Shown: one piece after another, positions 36,986-46,581 of the stretch | How the letters are laid out: the number at the start of each line of letters is the position of its first letter | How positions within the stretch are numbered: the first letter of the stretch is position 1 | From: Bacillales bacterium UBA6356 | GTDB lineage: Bacteria > Bacillota_I > Bacilli_A > RFN20 > CAG-826 | DNA length: 64,000 nucleotides | Assembly: GCA_002440125.1 (NCBI GenBank) | Contig: DJRQ01000065.1 | Span: 1,125 to 65,124 of the forward strand | Direction: 5' to 3' | The notes under the pieces: generated by a model | Seen by the model: only the letters and a program-made list of their open reading frames with translations | Database searches by the model: none | Told to the model about the DNA's origin: nothing | Program-made: the position numbers and the translations under genes

Positions 36986-38266
36986 CTAGTCTAGTGCATT
37001 CTTTTTCGTATAAACGACAGAAACGATAGACGAAGTGATGTCGGTTTTCGATTCCTTGGCTACGAGAAGATAATTCGGCGTATGCCCATAGGCTAATTGC
37101 TTTTCTTCGTCGTACTCCTCAAAAAGAACAGGAAGCTCTTTTCCATAGAAAGCTTCCTCGTATTCTTTTCGCATTTCCTTGGACAGGGAAAGAAGCTCAT
37201 GAACGCGTTTCTTTTTGATTTCGGGAGAAAGGTCTGGAAGAGTCGCGGCATATGTTCCCTTTCGCGGGGAAAAGGGAAAAACGTGAATTTCCGAAAAGCG
37301 GCATTTCTTGGCAAAGGCCAAAGTCTCTTGCCATTCTTCCTCCGTTTCTTTTGGGAAGCCGACAATAATATCGGTGGTAATGGCCACCTCAGGGCGGATG
37401 GCGCGAAGTTTTTTAAGACTTTCGAAATACTCATCCGGGTCATAGTGACGCCGCATTCTTTCAAGAACCGCTTTGGAGCCGCTTTGCAAGGAAAGATGAA
37501 AATGTGGCATTAAAGCCGGATATTCCCTAAAGCATTCAAGGAAAGCGGGTGAAATTTCGCTTTCGTCGAGGGAGGAGATGCGTAAACGCGGCAACTCCTT
37601 GAAGGTTCTTAGAATATCTTCCAAGAGGTTTCCTAAATCGTAATGGCGATCTATGAAATCCTTGCCATAGTAACCAATCTCAACGCCCGAAAGAACAATT
37701 TCCTTCACGCCTTTCGAAAGGAGGGATTTGATTTCGTAAAAGATGTTCTCGGGCTCTCGGGAGCGGCTTTTCCCCCGTAAGCCTGGAATGGCGCAATAAG
37801 AGCAGAACTTATCGCACCCATCTTGGATTTTCAAGTAGGCCCGCGTTAAGGTTTCGGAAGCATCCGAGCGAAGCTCTTCGAAAGGACCCGTGGGCCTCCC
37901 TTTTTTAATTAAGAATCTTTTTTTGCCATCTATTCGAAAGGCCTCGATGGCAGCAAGCACCTCTTTCCGCATCTCCGTTCCAGCGACGATATCGGCGCCA
38001 TAGGCCAAAGCCTCTTCTCCCACTTCTTTGGTGTAGCAGCCCATCGCCACGAAGATCGCATTGGGAGCAAGGCGACGGAATTTCCGTATATGTTGCCTCG
38101 ATTTTTGCCCTGCAGTAGAGGTAACGGCACAAGTGTTAAGCAACAAAACATCAGCTTCTTGAAGGGAATCGGTTATTGTATAGCCTTTTTCTTTTAAGGC
38201 GCCTAAAAGAGAGGATGTTTCGTAAGCGTTAACCTTGCAACCGAGAGAAAAACCAAAACATTTCAT
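36986..38266 (-). CDS. mtaB: Radical-SAM methylthiotransferase, MtaB/YqeV type (tRNA ms2t6A)
   Basis: 426 aa. It has the N-terminal UPF0004 cysteines (GCKVNAYE, NTCAVT, MGCY), the radical SAM motif CDKFCSYCAIP, and a C-terminal TRAM-like region. Synteny: rsmE-mtaB. Confidence 0.85.
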   Translation of the reverse strand: MKCFGFSLGCKVNAYETSSLLGALKEKGYTITDSLQEADVLLLNTCAVTSTAGQKSRQHIRKFRRLAPNAIFVAMGCYTKEVGEEALAYGADIVAGTEMRKEVLAAIEAFRIDGKKRFLIKKGRPTGPFEELRSDASETLTRAYLKIQDGCDKFCSYCAIPGLRGKSRSREPENIFYEIKSLLSKGVKEIVLSGVEIGYYGKDFIDRHYDLGNLLEDILRTFKELPRLRISSLDESEISPAFLECFREYPALMPHFHLSLQSGSKAVLERMRRHYDPDEYFESLKKLRAIRPEVAITTDIIVGFPKETEEEWQETLAFAKKCRFSEIHVFPFSPRKGTYAATLPDLSPEIKKKRVHELLSLSKEMRKEYEEAFYGKELPVLFEEYDEEKQLAYGHTPNYLLVAKESKTDITSSIVSVVYTKKNALD

Positions 38267-38267
38267 T

Positions 38268-39017
38268 TTATTTCTTCGTTATTTCTTGAATGAGAGCGCC
38301 TGAGACCAAAGATTGTTCGACTAGGGCTTGGATGAAGGCGTCTTTGTCGTACGAATAATAGGCATCGGCCACCTTTTCAAGACGAGTCGAAAGATGGGTG
38401 AAGGAAGGGCGCAAAAGCTTTTTGTCGAAAAGGGCCACTTCTTCATCGAGCCGGCCTTCGTCATTGATGAAATAGAGCCTTTTGGCATCGACGTCATAGG
38501 CGGCCATTCCCTTTTTGTTTTTTCGAATCGGGATAAGCGAGGTGAAGTAAGAGTCGAAAAGGGCGTAGCCATAGTAGTCGAAAGGATCGATGAGGATAGC
38601 GCTATAATCCTTCAAGAGCCGTTTATAAGGCTCGTTTTCGAGTTTTAAAACATCCTTTGAATAGAGCAAAGCAAGGCTTTCTGGAAAGATAGGCACGTAG
38701 TTTTTGAGGCCGTTTTTTTCGAAATAGGGAAGATCGCTCAAAACGTTTTCCAAGAATTCATCGAAAGGCAAGCCTTCTTCTTTTTTAGAAGCTTTTAAAT
38801 GATTAAGCAGCTCTTTTTCGATGGTCTCTTTGTTTTCAAGGCTTCTTAAGACGATGTCGGCTCGAAGCACATCGAAGGGACAAGAGGCTTTCGCGAGGTT
38901 TGCGAAGCATTCGATAGAGGATAGTCTCAAGGAATGCTTCGAAAAGTAAAGAGCATCCTTGCTTTTCGAGTAATCGGTCGGGCTTTGTTCCCGTATAAGG
39001 CTCTCAAAAAGACTCAT
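38268..39017 (-). CDS. Hypothetical protein with no recognisable motif
   Basis: 249 aa from MSLFESL (RBS GGAGAG 5 nt upstream). The start overlaps the rsmE 3' end by 14 nt, and the stop lies 1 nt before the mtaB ATG. The protein is soluble and rich in aromatic and acidic residues. Confidence 0.6.
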   Translation of the reverse strand: MSLFESLIREQSPTDYSKSKDALYFSKHSLRLSSIECFANLAKASCPFDVLRADIVLRSLENKETIEKELLNHLKASKKEEGLPFDEFLENVLSDLPYFEKNGLKNYVPIFPESLALLYSKDVLKLENEPYKRLLKDYSAILIDPFDYYGYALFDSYFTSLIPIRKNKKGMAAYDVDAKRLYFINDEGRLDEEVALFDKKLLRPSFTHLSTRLEKVADAYYSYDKDAFIQALVEQSLVSGALIQEITKK

Positions 39018-39738
39018 TTTCACTCTCCGATACACTCGAAAAGACGCTCGCGAAATAAAGACTGGCTGTTTCTGCTCTTAATATGCGACTCCCTAAAGAA
39101 ATTGGCTCGAAGCCTTTCTCTTTGGCAAAAGCCACCTCTTCCATTCGGAAGCCTCCTTCGGGCCCAATAAGGCAAAGGGTTGTTTCGCTTGGCTTCATCG
39201 CGGCGAGCTTTTTAAGGAGATCGCAACTATGGGAAGCAAGCTCCTCGTATGCGATGAAACGATGGTTCGCTTTCGCTTCCAAAAGCTCTTTGAAAGATAA
39301 GATCGGATGAACGAAAGGGATATTTAGCCTTTTGGATTGCATGGCGGCGCCCAAAACGATCTTTTGGTAGCGGTCCAATCTCTTTCTCTTATCTTTTTCG
39401 TCGAGAGAAATGATGGTTCTTTGGGAAATGAAAGGATAGAAGCCCGAAACGCCAAGCTCCGTTCCTTTTTGAAAGACAAGCTCATCGTGCCCTCCTTTCA
39501 AAAGGCTAAAACCGAGATACAAAGGACATGGAAGCTCCGTCTTGCTATCGAGTTTTTTTATCTTTATAAGCCGAAGTGGCGAGAGTTTTTCAATCCTTGA
39601 AAGATAAAGCTCGCCTTGCCAAACGATTTCGATTTCCTCTTTTTCTTTCGAACGCAACACCGTGACGAGATGATGTTGGTCTTCCTTCGACAAAGAGAAG
39701 CTTCCCTCTTCTTCTTTAGCGGCAAAGAAACGATTCAT
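39004..39738 (-). CDS. rsmE: 16S rRNA (uracil1498-N3)-methyltransferase RsmE
   Basis: The start is trimmed to MNRFFAAKEE, which shares 1 nt with the upstream stop (TAATG), giving 244 aa. The C-terminal SPOUT motif reads LIGPEGGF...E......G..PISLG.RILRAETA. Confidence 0.85.
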   Translation of the reverse strand: MNRFFAAKEEEGSFSLSKEDQHHLVTVLRSKEKEEIEIVWQGELYLSRIEKLSPLRLIKIKKLDSKTELPCPLYLGFSLLKGGHDELVFQKGTELGVSGFYPFISQRTIISLDEKDKRKRLDRYQKIVLGAAMQSKRLNIPFVHPILSFKELLEAKANHRFIAYEELASHSCDLLKKLAAMKPSETTLCLIGPEGGFRMEEVAFAKEKGFEPISLGSRILRAETASLYFASVFSSVSESENESF

Positions 39739-40181
39739 TAGTGGAGAAACTCCCCGCGCTTGTCTTTTAAGGAATCTTTCGTGAAATAGCGGATGCTCAC
39801 GAAAGCATAGCATACGAAAACGAGTGCCAAAGGAAGAAGGAAACAAATAGGAATCGGCCATCCTAAGTTAAATGCAAAAGCGAGCAAGGATCCGAGGACG
39901 CCTATGAAAGCTAGGCTAAGCAAAAGCTCTACGATCCCTCTTTTCACGAAACCGAGATAAAAGCTATGAACCCCAAAACTCCCCAAGAACAAGCACAAAA
40001 AGCTCGCCATTTTGCGCGATTTGCTTTTATAAAGCTTATAATCGCCGGTTACCGGATTCACGAACTGGGTCATATCCTTGGTCTCGTAAGCGTTATCTAT
40101 AGGATTCTTCTCGCCGCAAAAAGGGCAGATGTCTTTATCGAAATTGGATATCGTATGATGGCAATATTTACAAATCGGCAT
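39738..40181 (-). CDS. Zinc-ribbon plus TM2-domain membrane protein
   Basis: 147 aa. The N-terminus has CKYC...CPFCG. The TM2 signature LFLGSFGVHSFYLGF follows, then two further TM helices. RBS GGAGA. Confidence 0.7.
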   Translation of the reverse strand: MPICKYCHHTISNFDKDICPFCGEKNPIDNAYETKDMTQFVNPVTGDYKLYKSKSRKMASFLCLFLGSFGVHSFYLGFVKRGIVELLLSLAFIGVLGSLLAFAFNLGWPIPICFLLPLALVFVCYAFVSIRYFTKDSLKDKRGEFLH

Positions 40182-40242
40182 AAAAAATCTCCATGCCCCA
40201 TAAGCTTAGCATATCTTGGCTTTTGGAAAGCATTCTTTTTAT

Positions 40243-40267
40243 AAAAAAAGAAGGGTCCCCCCTTCTT
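40243..40267 (-). terminator. Intrinsic terminator ending the hrcA-grpE-dnaK-dnaJ operon
   Basis: Minus strand: AAGAAGGG-GGGA-CCCUUCUU (8-bp stem) followed by UUUUUAU. It starts at the dnaJ stop codon. Confidence 0.8.
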
Positions 40268-41400
40268 TAGAATCCTTTCCTCCACCACTTTCCTTTTTTG
40301 CTTTCTTCCTCTTTTTGGAATTGAGCCAAAAGGTCTTTTTGAGTTACGGAGAGATTCGTTGGCGTTTGGACTTTGACGTGGAGATATTGGTCGCCAGGTT
40401 TTCCCGAGCGAAGGTCTTTTATGCCTTTTCCGCGAAGCTTTAAGATTTGATCGGGTTGCGTTCCAGCCGGAATGTCGACGCTTACTTCCCCATAAACGGT
40501 TGGAACGTCGACCTTGCTTCCAAGGGCGCAATTAACGAAGCTCAGATTCAAATTCATATGGACGTCGTTTCCTTCCCGCGTGAAGGTCTTATCGGGTTTG
40601 ATTTTAATCTCGACATAGAGATCGCCATTCTCCCCGCCTAAACTTCCTCTTTCGCCTTTGCCTTTCACACGGACTTGTTGACCGGCGTTAATACCGGCTG
40701 GGATATTGACATCGAGGTCTTTATGAACGCGGTTATAGCCTTTCCCGCCGCATACGCTGCAAGCCTTTTTGACGATTTTCCCAGTCCCATGGCAATGTTC
40801 GCAAGGTCCTTGGCTTTGCATGACGCCAAAGATGGTCCGTTCTTGCCTGGTTACGTAGCCCGTGCCACCGCAATAAGGGCAAGTGACGATATCATCCGGT
40901 GTTTCGGCGCCCGTCCCATGGCAATGTTCGCAAGGTTCGTCATAAGTCAAAGGAATCGTAATATGGCAACCGTTGACCGCATCCATAAAAGAAATGGAAA
41001 CGGTATAAAGGGTGTCATTGCCTTTGGTAGGACCGGCCCGTTCTGCTCGGCTCGAACGACGCGATCCACCTCCGAAGAAAGAGGAGAAGATATCGTTTAA
41101 GTCGACATCGCCAAAGCCTTGGCTCGAGAAGCCTCCGCCAAATGGATTCGACGCGCCTCCCATGCCAGAGCCCTCTTCAAAAGCCGCTTGGCCGAATTGG
41201 TCGTAGCGTTTTCTTTTCTCATCGTCATAAAGCACATCGTAAGCCTCTTGGATCTCTTCGAATTTCTTTGGGGCATCCGGACTTTTATTGATATCGGGGT
41301 GATATTGTTTCGCAAGCTTTCGGTAGGCGCTTTTGATTTCGTCTTTGGTCGCGTTTTTGGAGACACCTAAAACCTCATAATAGTCGCGTTTTTCTGCCAT
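40267..41400 (-). CDS. dnaJ: Chaperone DnaJ
   Basis: 377 aa. It has the J-domain (YYEVLGV...HPD), a G/F region, and four CxxCxGxG repeats ([32 protein letters not shown]). Confidence 0.95.
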   Translation of the reverse strand: MAEKRDYYEVLGVSKNATKDEIKSAYRKLAKQYHPDINKSPDAPKKFEEIQEAYDVLYDDEKRKRYDQFGQAAFEEGSGMGGASNPFGGGFSSQGFGDVDLNDIFSSFFGGGSRRSSRAERAGPTKGNDTLYTVSISFMDAVNGCHITIPLTYDEPCEHCHGTGAETPDDIVTCPYCGGTGYVTRQERTIFGVMQSQGPCEHCHGTGKIVKKACSVCGGKGYNRVHKDLDVNIPAGINAGQQVRVKGKGERGSLGGENGDLYVEIKIKPDKTFTREGNDVHMNLNLSFVNCALGSKVDVPTVYGEVSVDIPAGTQPDQILKLRGKGIKDLRSGKPGDQYLHVKVQTPTNLSVTQKDLLAQFQKEEESKKGKWWRKGF

Positions 41401-41420
41401 AAGGGTTCTCCTTTCTCTTA

Positions 41421-41454
41421 GAAAACGAATAGACGCTAGTCTCCTAGCGCCTAT
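41421..41454 (-). terminator. Hairpin / partial terminator between dnaK and dnaJ
   Basis: Minus strand: AUAGGCGCUAG-GAGA-CUAGCGUCUAU (11-bp stem including one G-U) followed by UCGUUUUC. This is probably an attenuator or mRNA-stability element rather than a full stop. Confidence 0.55.
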
Positions 41455-41472
41455 CCGTTACATACGTTTTGT

Positions 41473-43317
41473 TTAGGCTTTTTTATCCGTGAAATCGGCA
41501 TCGACGACGTCGTCAGCGCTCGTGTTTGCATCACTCGAAGAATTCGCATTGCCATTCGCCGAAGCGCTGGCATTGGCATTCGCTCCTTGGCCATATTGCG
41601 CAGCTTGAGCCGCTGCGTCTTCAAGATGACCCACGATTTCGCGGAGCTTATTGATGTCGTCGCTTTGGATGGCGCCTTGCGCTTCATCGCGAAGCTTGGT
41701 GAGTTGATCTTTTTGCTCTGGAGTCATCGAAGCGCCTTTTTCCACAAGAGAGCGATTGATCTCGTCGACATAGGTTTGGGCCTTGTTCTTGACTTCGATA
41801 TCGTCTTTTCTCTTCTGATCGGCTTCTTTGTTGGCTTCCGCATCTTTCACCATGCGATCGATATCCTCTTTGGAGAGTCCATTGGAACCGCTGATGGTAA
41901 TATCTTGAGATTTTTGCGTATCAAGATCTTTGGCGGTCACCTTAACGATGCCGTTAACGTCGATAGAGAAGGTAACTTCGATTCTCGGTTCTCCTCGACG
42001 CGCTGGCTTAATGCCAGAAAGTTGGAAGTGACCAAGAAGTTTGTTGTCATGCGCCATTGGACGCTCGCCTTGGTAAACCATGATGTCAACGGCGGGTTGG
42101 TTGTCTTGAGCGGTCGAGAAGACTTGGCTCTTGGTGGTTGGAATGGTCGTGTTTCTTGGGATAAGAGGCGTCATAACGCCACCCAATGTCTCAATGCCAA
42201 GGGTTAATGGGGTAACGTCGAGAAGAACGACATCTTTAACATCACCCGCGATAACGCCGCCTTGGATGGCAGCGCCAATAGAGACGGCTTCATCCGGATT
42301 GACGGAAAGGTTAATTTCATGACCAGTCACTTTGCGAACCATTTCTTGAACGGCTGGCATACGGATAGAGCCGCCAATCATAAGAATGTCCCCGAGGTCG
42401 CTATAGTTAAGCTTGGCATCGGCCATGGCTTTCTCCATTGGGGCTTTGCAACGTTCCAATAGATTCCTCGTGAGATCTTGGAATTTCGCTCTGGTGATAG
42501 TTCCTTCCCAGTTGATAGGGCCATTCACGCCCATGCCGATGAAAGGAAGGGAAATAGTGGTTTCAAGGCTGCTAGAGAGTTCGATCTTCGCTTTTTCGGC
42601 AGCGTCCAAGAAACGTTGTTTCGCCATCTTGTCGGTCAAATCGACGCCTGTTTCTTGAAGAATTTGGGCATGGATCCAATCGGCCAAGGCATTATCCCAG
42701 TCATCGCCGCCAAGATGCGTATCGCCATTGGTGCTAAGAACTTGGAAGGTGCCATCGCCGATATCCAGAATCGAGACATCGAGCGTTCCACCGCCTAAGT
42801 CGAAGACAAGGACCTTTTCGCTCTTGTTGTTTTCAAGTCCATAAGCAAGGCAAGAGGCGGTTGGCTCATTGATGATACGGACAACGTCGAGTCCGGCAAT
42901 CGTGCCAGCGTCTTTTGTGGCTTGACGTTGCGCGTCATTAAAGTAGGCTGGAACGGTGATGACCGCTTTCTTAACGGGTTGGCCTAAGCTCTTTTCGGCG
43001 TAGGATTTCATGTAGCTAAGGACTTTGGCGGAGATTTCTTGCGGCGTAAAATCCTTATTCAAACAATTGATGTGGAATTTATCGGCAGTGCCCATATGAC
43101 GTTTGGCGCTACGGATAGTGTCGGGGTTGGTGATCATTTGACGCTTTGCGGCGTTTCCGACGATCTCTTCGCCGTTGGCTTTAAAAGCAACGACGCTTGG
43201 TGTGGTGTTTGTTCCTTCGGGATTCGGGATGACTTTTACTTTGCCGTCCGCCTGAAGATAGCTAATAACGCTATTCGTGGTACCTAAATCGATACCAACA
43301 ATAATTTCCTTTGCCAT
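41473..43317 (-). CDS. dnaK: Chaperone DnaK (Hsp70)
   Basis: 614 aa. Motifs seen: [25 protein letters not shown]-type region. Confidence 0.97.
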   Translation of the reverse strand: MAKEIIVGIDLGTTNSVISYLQADGKVKVIPNPEGTNTTPSVVAFKANGEEIVGNAAKRQMITNPDTIRSAKRHMGTADKFHINCLNKDFTPQEISAKVLSYMKSYAEKSLGQPVKKAVITVPAYFNDAQRQATKDAGTIAGLDVVRIINEPTASCLAYGLENNKSEKVLVFDLGGGTLDVSILDIGDGTFQVLSTNGDTHLGGDDWDNALADWIHAQILQETGVDLTDKMAKQRFLDAAEKAKIELSSSLETTISLPFIGMGVNGPINWEGTITRAKFQDLTRNLLERCKAPMEKAMADAKLNYSDLGDILMIGGSIRMPAVQEMVRKVTGHEINLSVNPDEAVSIGAAIQGGVIAGDVKDVVLLDVTPLTLGIETLGGVMTPLIPRNTTIPTTKSQVFSTAQDNQPAVDIMVYQGERPMAHDNKLLGHFQLSGIKPARRGEPRIEVTFSIDVNGIVKVTAKDLDTQKSQDITISGSNGLSKEDIDRMVKDAEANKEADQKRKDDIEVKNKAQTYVDEINRSLVEKGASMTPEQKDQLTKLRDEAQGAIQSDDINKLREIVGHLEDAAAQAAQYGQGANANASASANGNANSSSDANTSADDVVDADFTDKKA

Positions 43318-43331
43318 AATTCTATTCCTCC

Positions 43332-43952
43332 TTAGGCCTTATGCTCGGCCTCTTTTGTTTCCTCTTTATTTCCGTCTTTAATTTCGTCTTTCGTTTCTTC
43401 TTTTTTCTTTGCGAAGACCACAACTTTGGCCGGAGAGACGATATGATCGTGAAGCTTATACCCTTTGGCGTAAACCTTGGCGACTTTTCCATCTTTCCCT
43501 TCTTCGTAAGGGGCCACATCGATCGCATGCATGAAGCTCGGATCGAAGAGGTCACCTACCTTAGGCGAGAGCTCGCTTACGCCTTCGCTTTCAAGGCTCG
43601 CAAGAATCTGCTTATAGATGAAATTAAACCCTTGCTGATAATTTAAAGCCTCTTTGCTATTGGGCGTGGCCTCAAGCGCCATATGGAAGCTATCCAACGC
43701 CGGAAGGAGACTTTCTAAGAAGCCTTCAGCGCGATAGCGGAGAGCCTCCCTATGATCTTCCTCCAAAGATTTCCGAAGGTTTTGGGTATCCGCAAAAGCC
43801 ATGTAATATTTGTTTTTCCAAGCTTCCGCTTCTTCTTTGGCCTTCTTAAGCTCCTCTTCGAGAAGCTCTTCTTTGGAAGGTTCCTTTTTTACTTCTTTGG
43901 TGGATTCGTTTTCTTTCGGCTGTTCTTGTTGCTTTTTGGCTTTATCGAACAT
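43332..43952 (-). CDS. grpE: Nucleotide exchange factor GrpE
   Basis: 206 aa with an acidic/basic N-terminus, a coiled coil, and a C-terminal beta domain. RBS AAAGGAGAG. Confidence 0.92.
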   Translation of the reverse strand: MFDKAKKQQEQPKENESTKEVKKEPSKEELLEEELKKAKEEAEAWKNKYYMAFADTQNLRKSLEEDHREALRYRAEGFLESLLPALDSFHMALEATPNSKEALNYQQGFNFIYKQILASLESEGVSELSPKVGDLFDPSFMHAIDVAPYEEGKDGKVAKVYAKGYKLHDHIVSPAKVVVFAKKKEETKDEIKDGNKEETKEAEHKA

Positions 43953-44980
43953 TCTTTCTCTCCTTTCGTTGCGTTTTTGAAGTAATGATCAAGCTCTTTG
44001 GCGAAGTACTGGAGCGTACTTACCACTCGATCGTAGTCCATGCGGCTTGGCCCTAAGATCGTTAAGGCGCTTTCTGGTTCCCCAGGAAGAGAAACTTTAG
44101 CGCTTACTAAGGCCAAATTCGTAGGAACGTCTTTGGTGCCGATTTGAACGAGCACCTCCCCGTCTTTGCTTTCGGTGGCTTTCGAGAGAGCGTCTTTTAG
44201 CTCGGTAGGATCATCGAGGAATTTTAAGAGCTCCCTTAGCTTCATCGCATCGTTTGCGAATTCTGGTTGGTTATAGAGTTCATCCTTCCCAAAGAGTTCG
44301 AGATGCTTTGAAGCAAAGCTCGCAAAGGCTCCCAATATGGCATCGAAGACAAGTCTTTGCCCGATGAGATAATCGGTCAAAAGAGGTCGCATCGCTTCCA
44401 TCATGGGAACTACAGAGACGATTGGCGTTCCGGCGAGACGTTCGTTAAGGAGTTTGACGGTTTTGGCCACATCCTCCACCCGAACGGCTTCATTAACCAA
44501 GAAGGTTTTGTTTTCAACATGTCCCTTATCGGTTACGAATATCGCGGTTGCGGTATTGTTCCCGATAGGGATGATTTGAATCGAAACGAGTCTTTCCTCC
44601 TCCGCCTTCGGGCCAATGACGCACGAAGCGAGATTAGTCATCTGGCTTAGGATTTGGCAACTCTCTTTCATGACCTCTTCGACGGACTTGGCTTTTTCGC
44701 TAAGCACGCTTTGCAAAGCGTTTTTCGCTTTTTCATCGACACCGCCACTCCTAAGATTATCCACGTAGTATTGATAACCTTTTTCGGATGGCAAACGTCC
44801 GCTGGAAGTATGGGTCTTCTCAAGCAAACCATCTTTCTCGAGGGCGTTCATCTCGTTGCGGATGGTGGCACTGCTCATATCCAAATGGTAAGCCTCTTTA
44901 AGATTCTTACTTCCCACGGGTTCGGCGGTTTTGATGAAGTGTTCAACGATGAGTTTCAAGATTTCATCGCGCCTGGTCAT
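43889..44980 (-). CDS. hrcA: Heat-inducible transcription repressor HrcA
   Basis: 363 aa with an N-terminal winged helix (RRDEILKLIVEHFIKTAEPVGSKNL....MSSATIRNEM..LE..GLL.K.HTSSGR.P). RBS GGAGG. CIRCE operators lie upstream. Confidence 0.9.
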   Translation of the reverse strand: MTRRDEILKLIVEHFIKTAEPVGSKNLKEAYHLDMSSATIRNEMNALEKDGLLEKTHTSSGRLPSEKGYQYYVDNLRSGGVDEKAKNALQSVLSEKAKSVEEVMKESCQILSQMTNLASCVIGPKAEEERLVSIQIIPIGNNTATAIFVTDKGHVENKTFLVNEAVRVEDVAKTVKLLNERLAGTPIVSVVPMMEAMRPLLTDYLIGQRLVFDAILGAFASFASKHLELFGKDELYNQPEFANDAMKLRELLKFLDDPTELKDALSKATESKDGEVLVQIGTKDVPTNLALVSAKVSLPGEPESALTILGPSRMDYDRVVSTLQYFAKELDHYFKNATKGEKECSIKPKSNKNSRKKTNPPKK

Positions 44981-44991
44981 ACGAGCCTCCT

Positions 44992-45018
44992 TTAGCAGTC
45001 TTTCCTTTCGGCTGCTAG
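44992..45018 (-). promoter_or_regulatory. CIRCE operator 1 (HrcA binding site), between the -10 box and the RBS
   Basis: The minus strand reads CTAGCAGCC-N9-GACTGCTAA, compared with the consensus TTAGCACTC-N9-GAGTGCTAA (6/9 and 8/9). Confidence 0.7.
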
Positions 45019-45022
45019 CACT

Positions 45023-45050
45023 ATTATAAGAAGGCTTTTAGCACTGTCAA
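45023..45050 (-). promoter_or_regulatory. Sigma-A promoter of the hrcA operon
   Basis: Minus strand: TTGACA (45045-45050), a 16-nt spacer, then TATAAT (45023-45028). Confidence 0.65.
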
Positions 45051-45064
45051 TTGCTTAGTGCCAA
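45038..45064 (-). promoter_or_regulatory. CIRCE operator 2, overlapping the -35 box
   Basis: The minus strand reads TTGGCACTA-N9-CAGTGCTAA, compared with the consensus TTAGCACTC-N9-GAGTGCTAA (7/9 and 8/9). Confidence 0.65.
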
Positions 45065-45070
45065 AAAACA

Positions 45071-46159
45071 TCAAAATAATTCCAAGAGGACCGAATCTAA
45101 GATTTCGAGACCTCTGTCGGTGGCGAAAACGCGACCGTCTTTCGAAAGAAGAAGCTTTTTTTGCGAGAGGTTTTCGAAGGGCTTTCGGTAGCGAGAAAGA
45201 AATTCGAAGCCAAATCGGTTTCGGAAGGTCTTTAAAGCAAAACCATCGTCTAAACGGAGATTCGTGAGAAAGAAATCTTCGAGTTCGCTTTCCGTCGAAA
45301 GCGTCTCTTTCTCGCCAAGATAATCGCCCGCTAAGTATTTGCTAAGGTTTTTGGTATTTTGGTAGCGCGTCCTTTTCCAATAGCCCGAAGCCCCTAACCC
45401 CGCCCCGAAATATTCCTCATCGTGCCAATAGACGAGGTTATGCATCGAGAAATCGTTCTCTTTGGCGAAATTGCTTATTTCGTAGCGGCGAAAACCGGCT
45501 TGGCGAAAAGCTTCAAGGATGGTTTCGTATTGGATGCCGGAGCTTTCCTCGTCCATTTCCTTATATCCGTCATTAAAGAAGAGCGTCCCGGGATTGACGC
45601 TTAGAGAGTAGGCGGAGAGGTGATTCACATCTAGGTCTAAAAAATTGTGGATGTCGTTTTCCAGTTCTTCTAAACTCTCCTCAGGCAAGCCGTAAATCAT
45701 ATCGCAAGAGATCCTTTTAAAGCCGATCCTCTTCGCTTTTTGGACGGCTTCCTTCGCATCCAAGAAGCTATGTTTCCTCCCCATGAGGGATAAAAGCCTA
45801 GGACTCGAAGACTCGATGCCTATGGAGAGGCGATTGACGCCTCCTTTTAGAAGAAGAGTCAGTTTTTCCTCGGTTAAGTCCTCAGGATTTGCTTCTAACG
45901 TCCATTCGGTGTTTTCGTCGCTATAAGGTTTAAGGAAGAAGAGCAGATCCTGGAGCGCAAAAGAGGGCAATAAGCTTGGCGTTCCTCCCCCAATATATAT
46001 CGTTCGTAAGGGCTTTTTTATGGGATAAGAGGCGATTTCTTTCTTTAAGGCCTCCATATAAGAAAAGCACCATCTCTCCTCATAAAGGACTTTGCTGAAG
46101 TCGCAATAGGAGCAAAGATGGTGGCAAAAGGGAATATGAACGTAAAGGGAATGCGGCAC
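45071..46159 (-). CDS. hemW: Radical-SAM heme chaperone HemW (HemN-like, oxygen-independent coproporphyrinogen oxidase family)
   Basis: 362 aa with a GTG start. Motifs seen: LYVHIPFCHHLCSYCDF (CxxxCxxC) and GGGTPS. Synteny: lepA...hemW-hrcA. Confidence 0.88.
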   Translation of the reverse strand: MPHSLYVHIPFCHHLCSYCDFSKVLYEERWCFSYMEALKKEIASYPIKKPLRTIYIGGGTPSLLPSFALQDLLFFLKPYSDENTEWTLEANPEDLTEEKLTLLLKGGVNRLSIGIESSSPRLLSLMGRKHSFLDAKEAVQKAKRIGFKRISCDMIYGLPEESLEELENDIHNFLDLDVNHLSAYSLSVNPGTLFFNDGYKEMDEESSGIQYETILEAFRQAGFRRYEISNFAKENDFSMHNLVYWHDEEYFGAGLGASGYWKRTRYQNTKNLSKYLAGDYLGEKETLSTESELEDFFLTNLRLDDGFALKTFRNRFGFEFLSRYRKPFENLSQKKLLLSKDGRVFATDRGLEILDSVLLELF

Positions 46160-46581
46160 TATTCGTCCTCTTTGTCGGAGGCTTTTTCAGAGGCGTTTTG
46201 CGCCTCTTCGGGGTGCGCTTTGGCGTAATCTTCCATCGCTTTCAAAGTGGCGCTATCTTGAATTTCTTCGGTATGGCGTTGGACTTCCTCGGAAGCCACT
46301 TCTTTTTCGGATGGAGCGCTTTCTTTTTTGATCTCTTCATCCATTTGTATAGCGGCCTCATCCATTTCTTTTTGCGTTTTTTCGTCGATATCAACCACAA
46401 GGCGATTGACTTCCTCTTCTGCTATTTCCTTGTCGCTTTTGGGCTTTTCGTCACTTTGGAAGTGCTTGCTGTATTTCCGGACTAAAATAACGGCGACGAC
46501 GATGACGCCAAAGATGGCTAATAAGCAGATGATGACGAACCATGGCTGCTTGGTGATATCGTTCTCTAAGAATGCAATCAT
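46159..46581 (-). CDS. Single-pass membrane protein with a long acidic E/K-rich tail
   Basis: 140 aa with one TM helix (WFVIICLLAIFGVIVVAVILV) followed by an E/D/K-rich low-complexity tail. It shares 1 nt with both neighbouring genes, which suggests translational coupling. Confidence 0.55.
   Translation of the reverse strand: MIAFLENDITKQPWFVIICLLAIFGVIVVAVILVRKYSKHFQSDEKPKSDKEIAEEEVNRLVVDIDEKTQKEMDEAAIQMDEEIKKESAPSEKEVASEEVQRHTEEIQDSATLKAMEDYAKAHPEEAQNASEKASDKEDE

Noticed and set aside
41587-42207. 206-aa ORF antisense to dnaK, plus several shorter ones at 42131-43287
   Set aside because: It lies entirely within the highly conserved dnaK frame on the opposite strand. Long antisense ORFs in dnaK are a known codon-bias artefact. 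It has no start context and a junk-like sequence.
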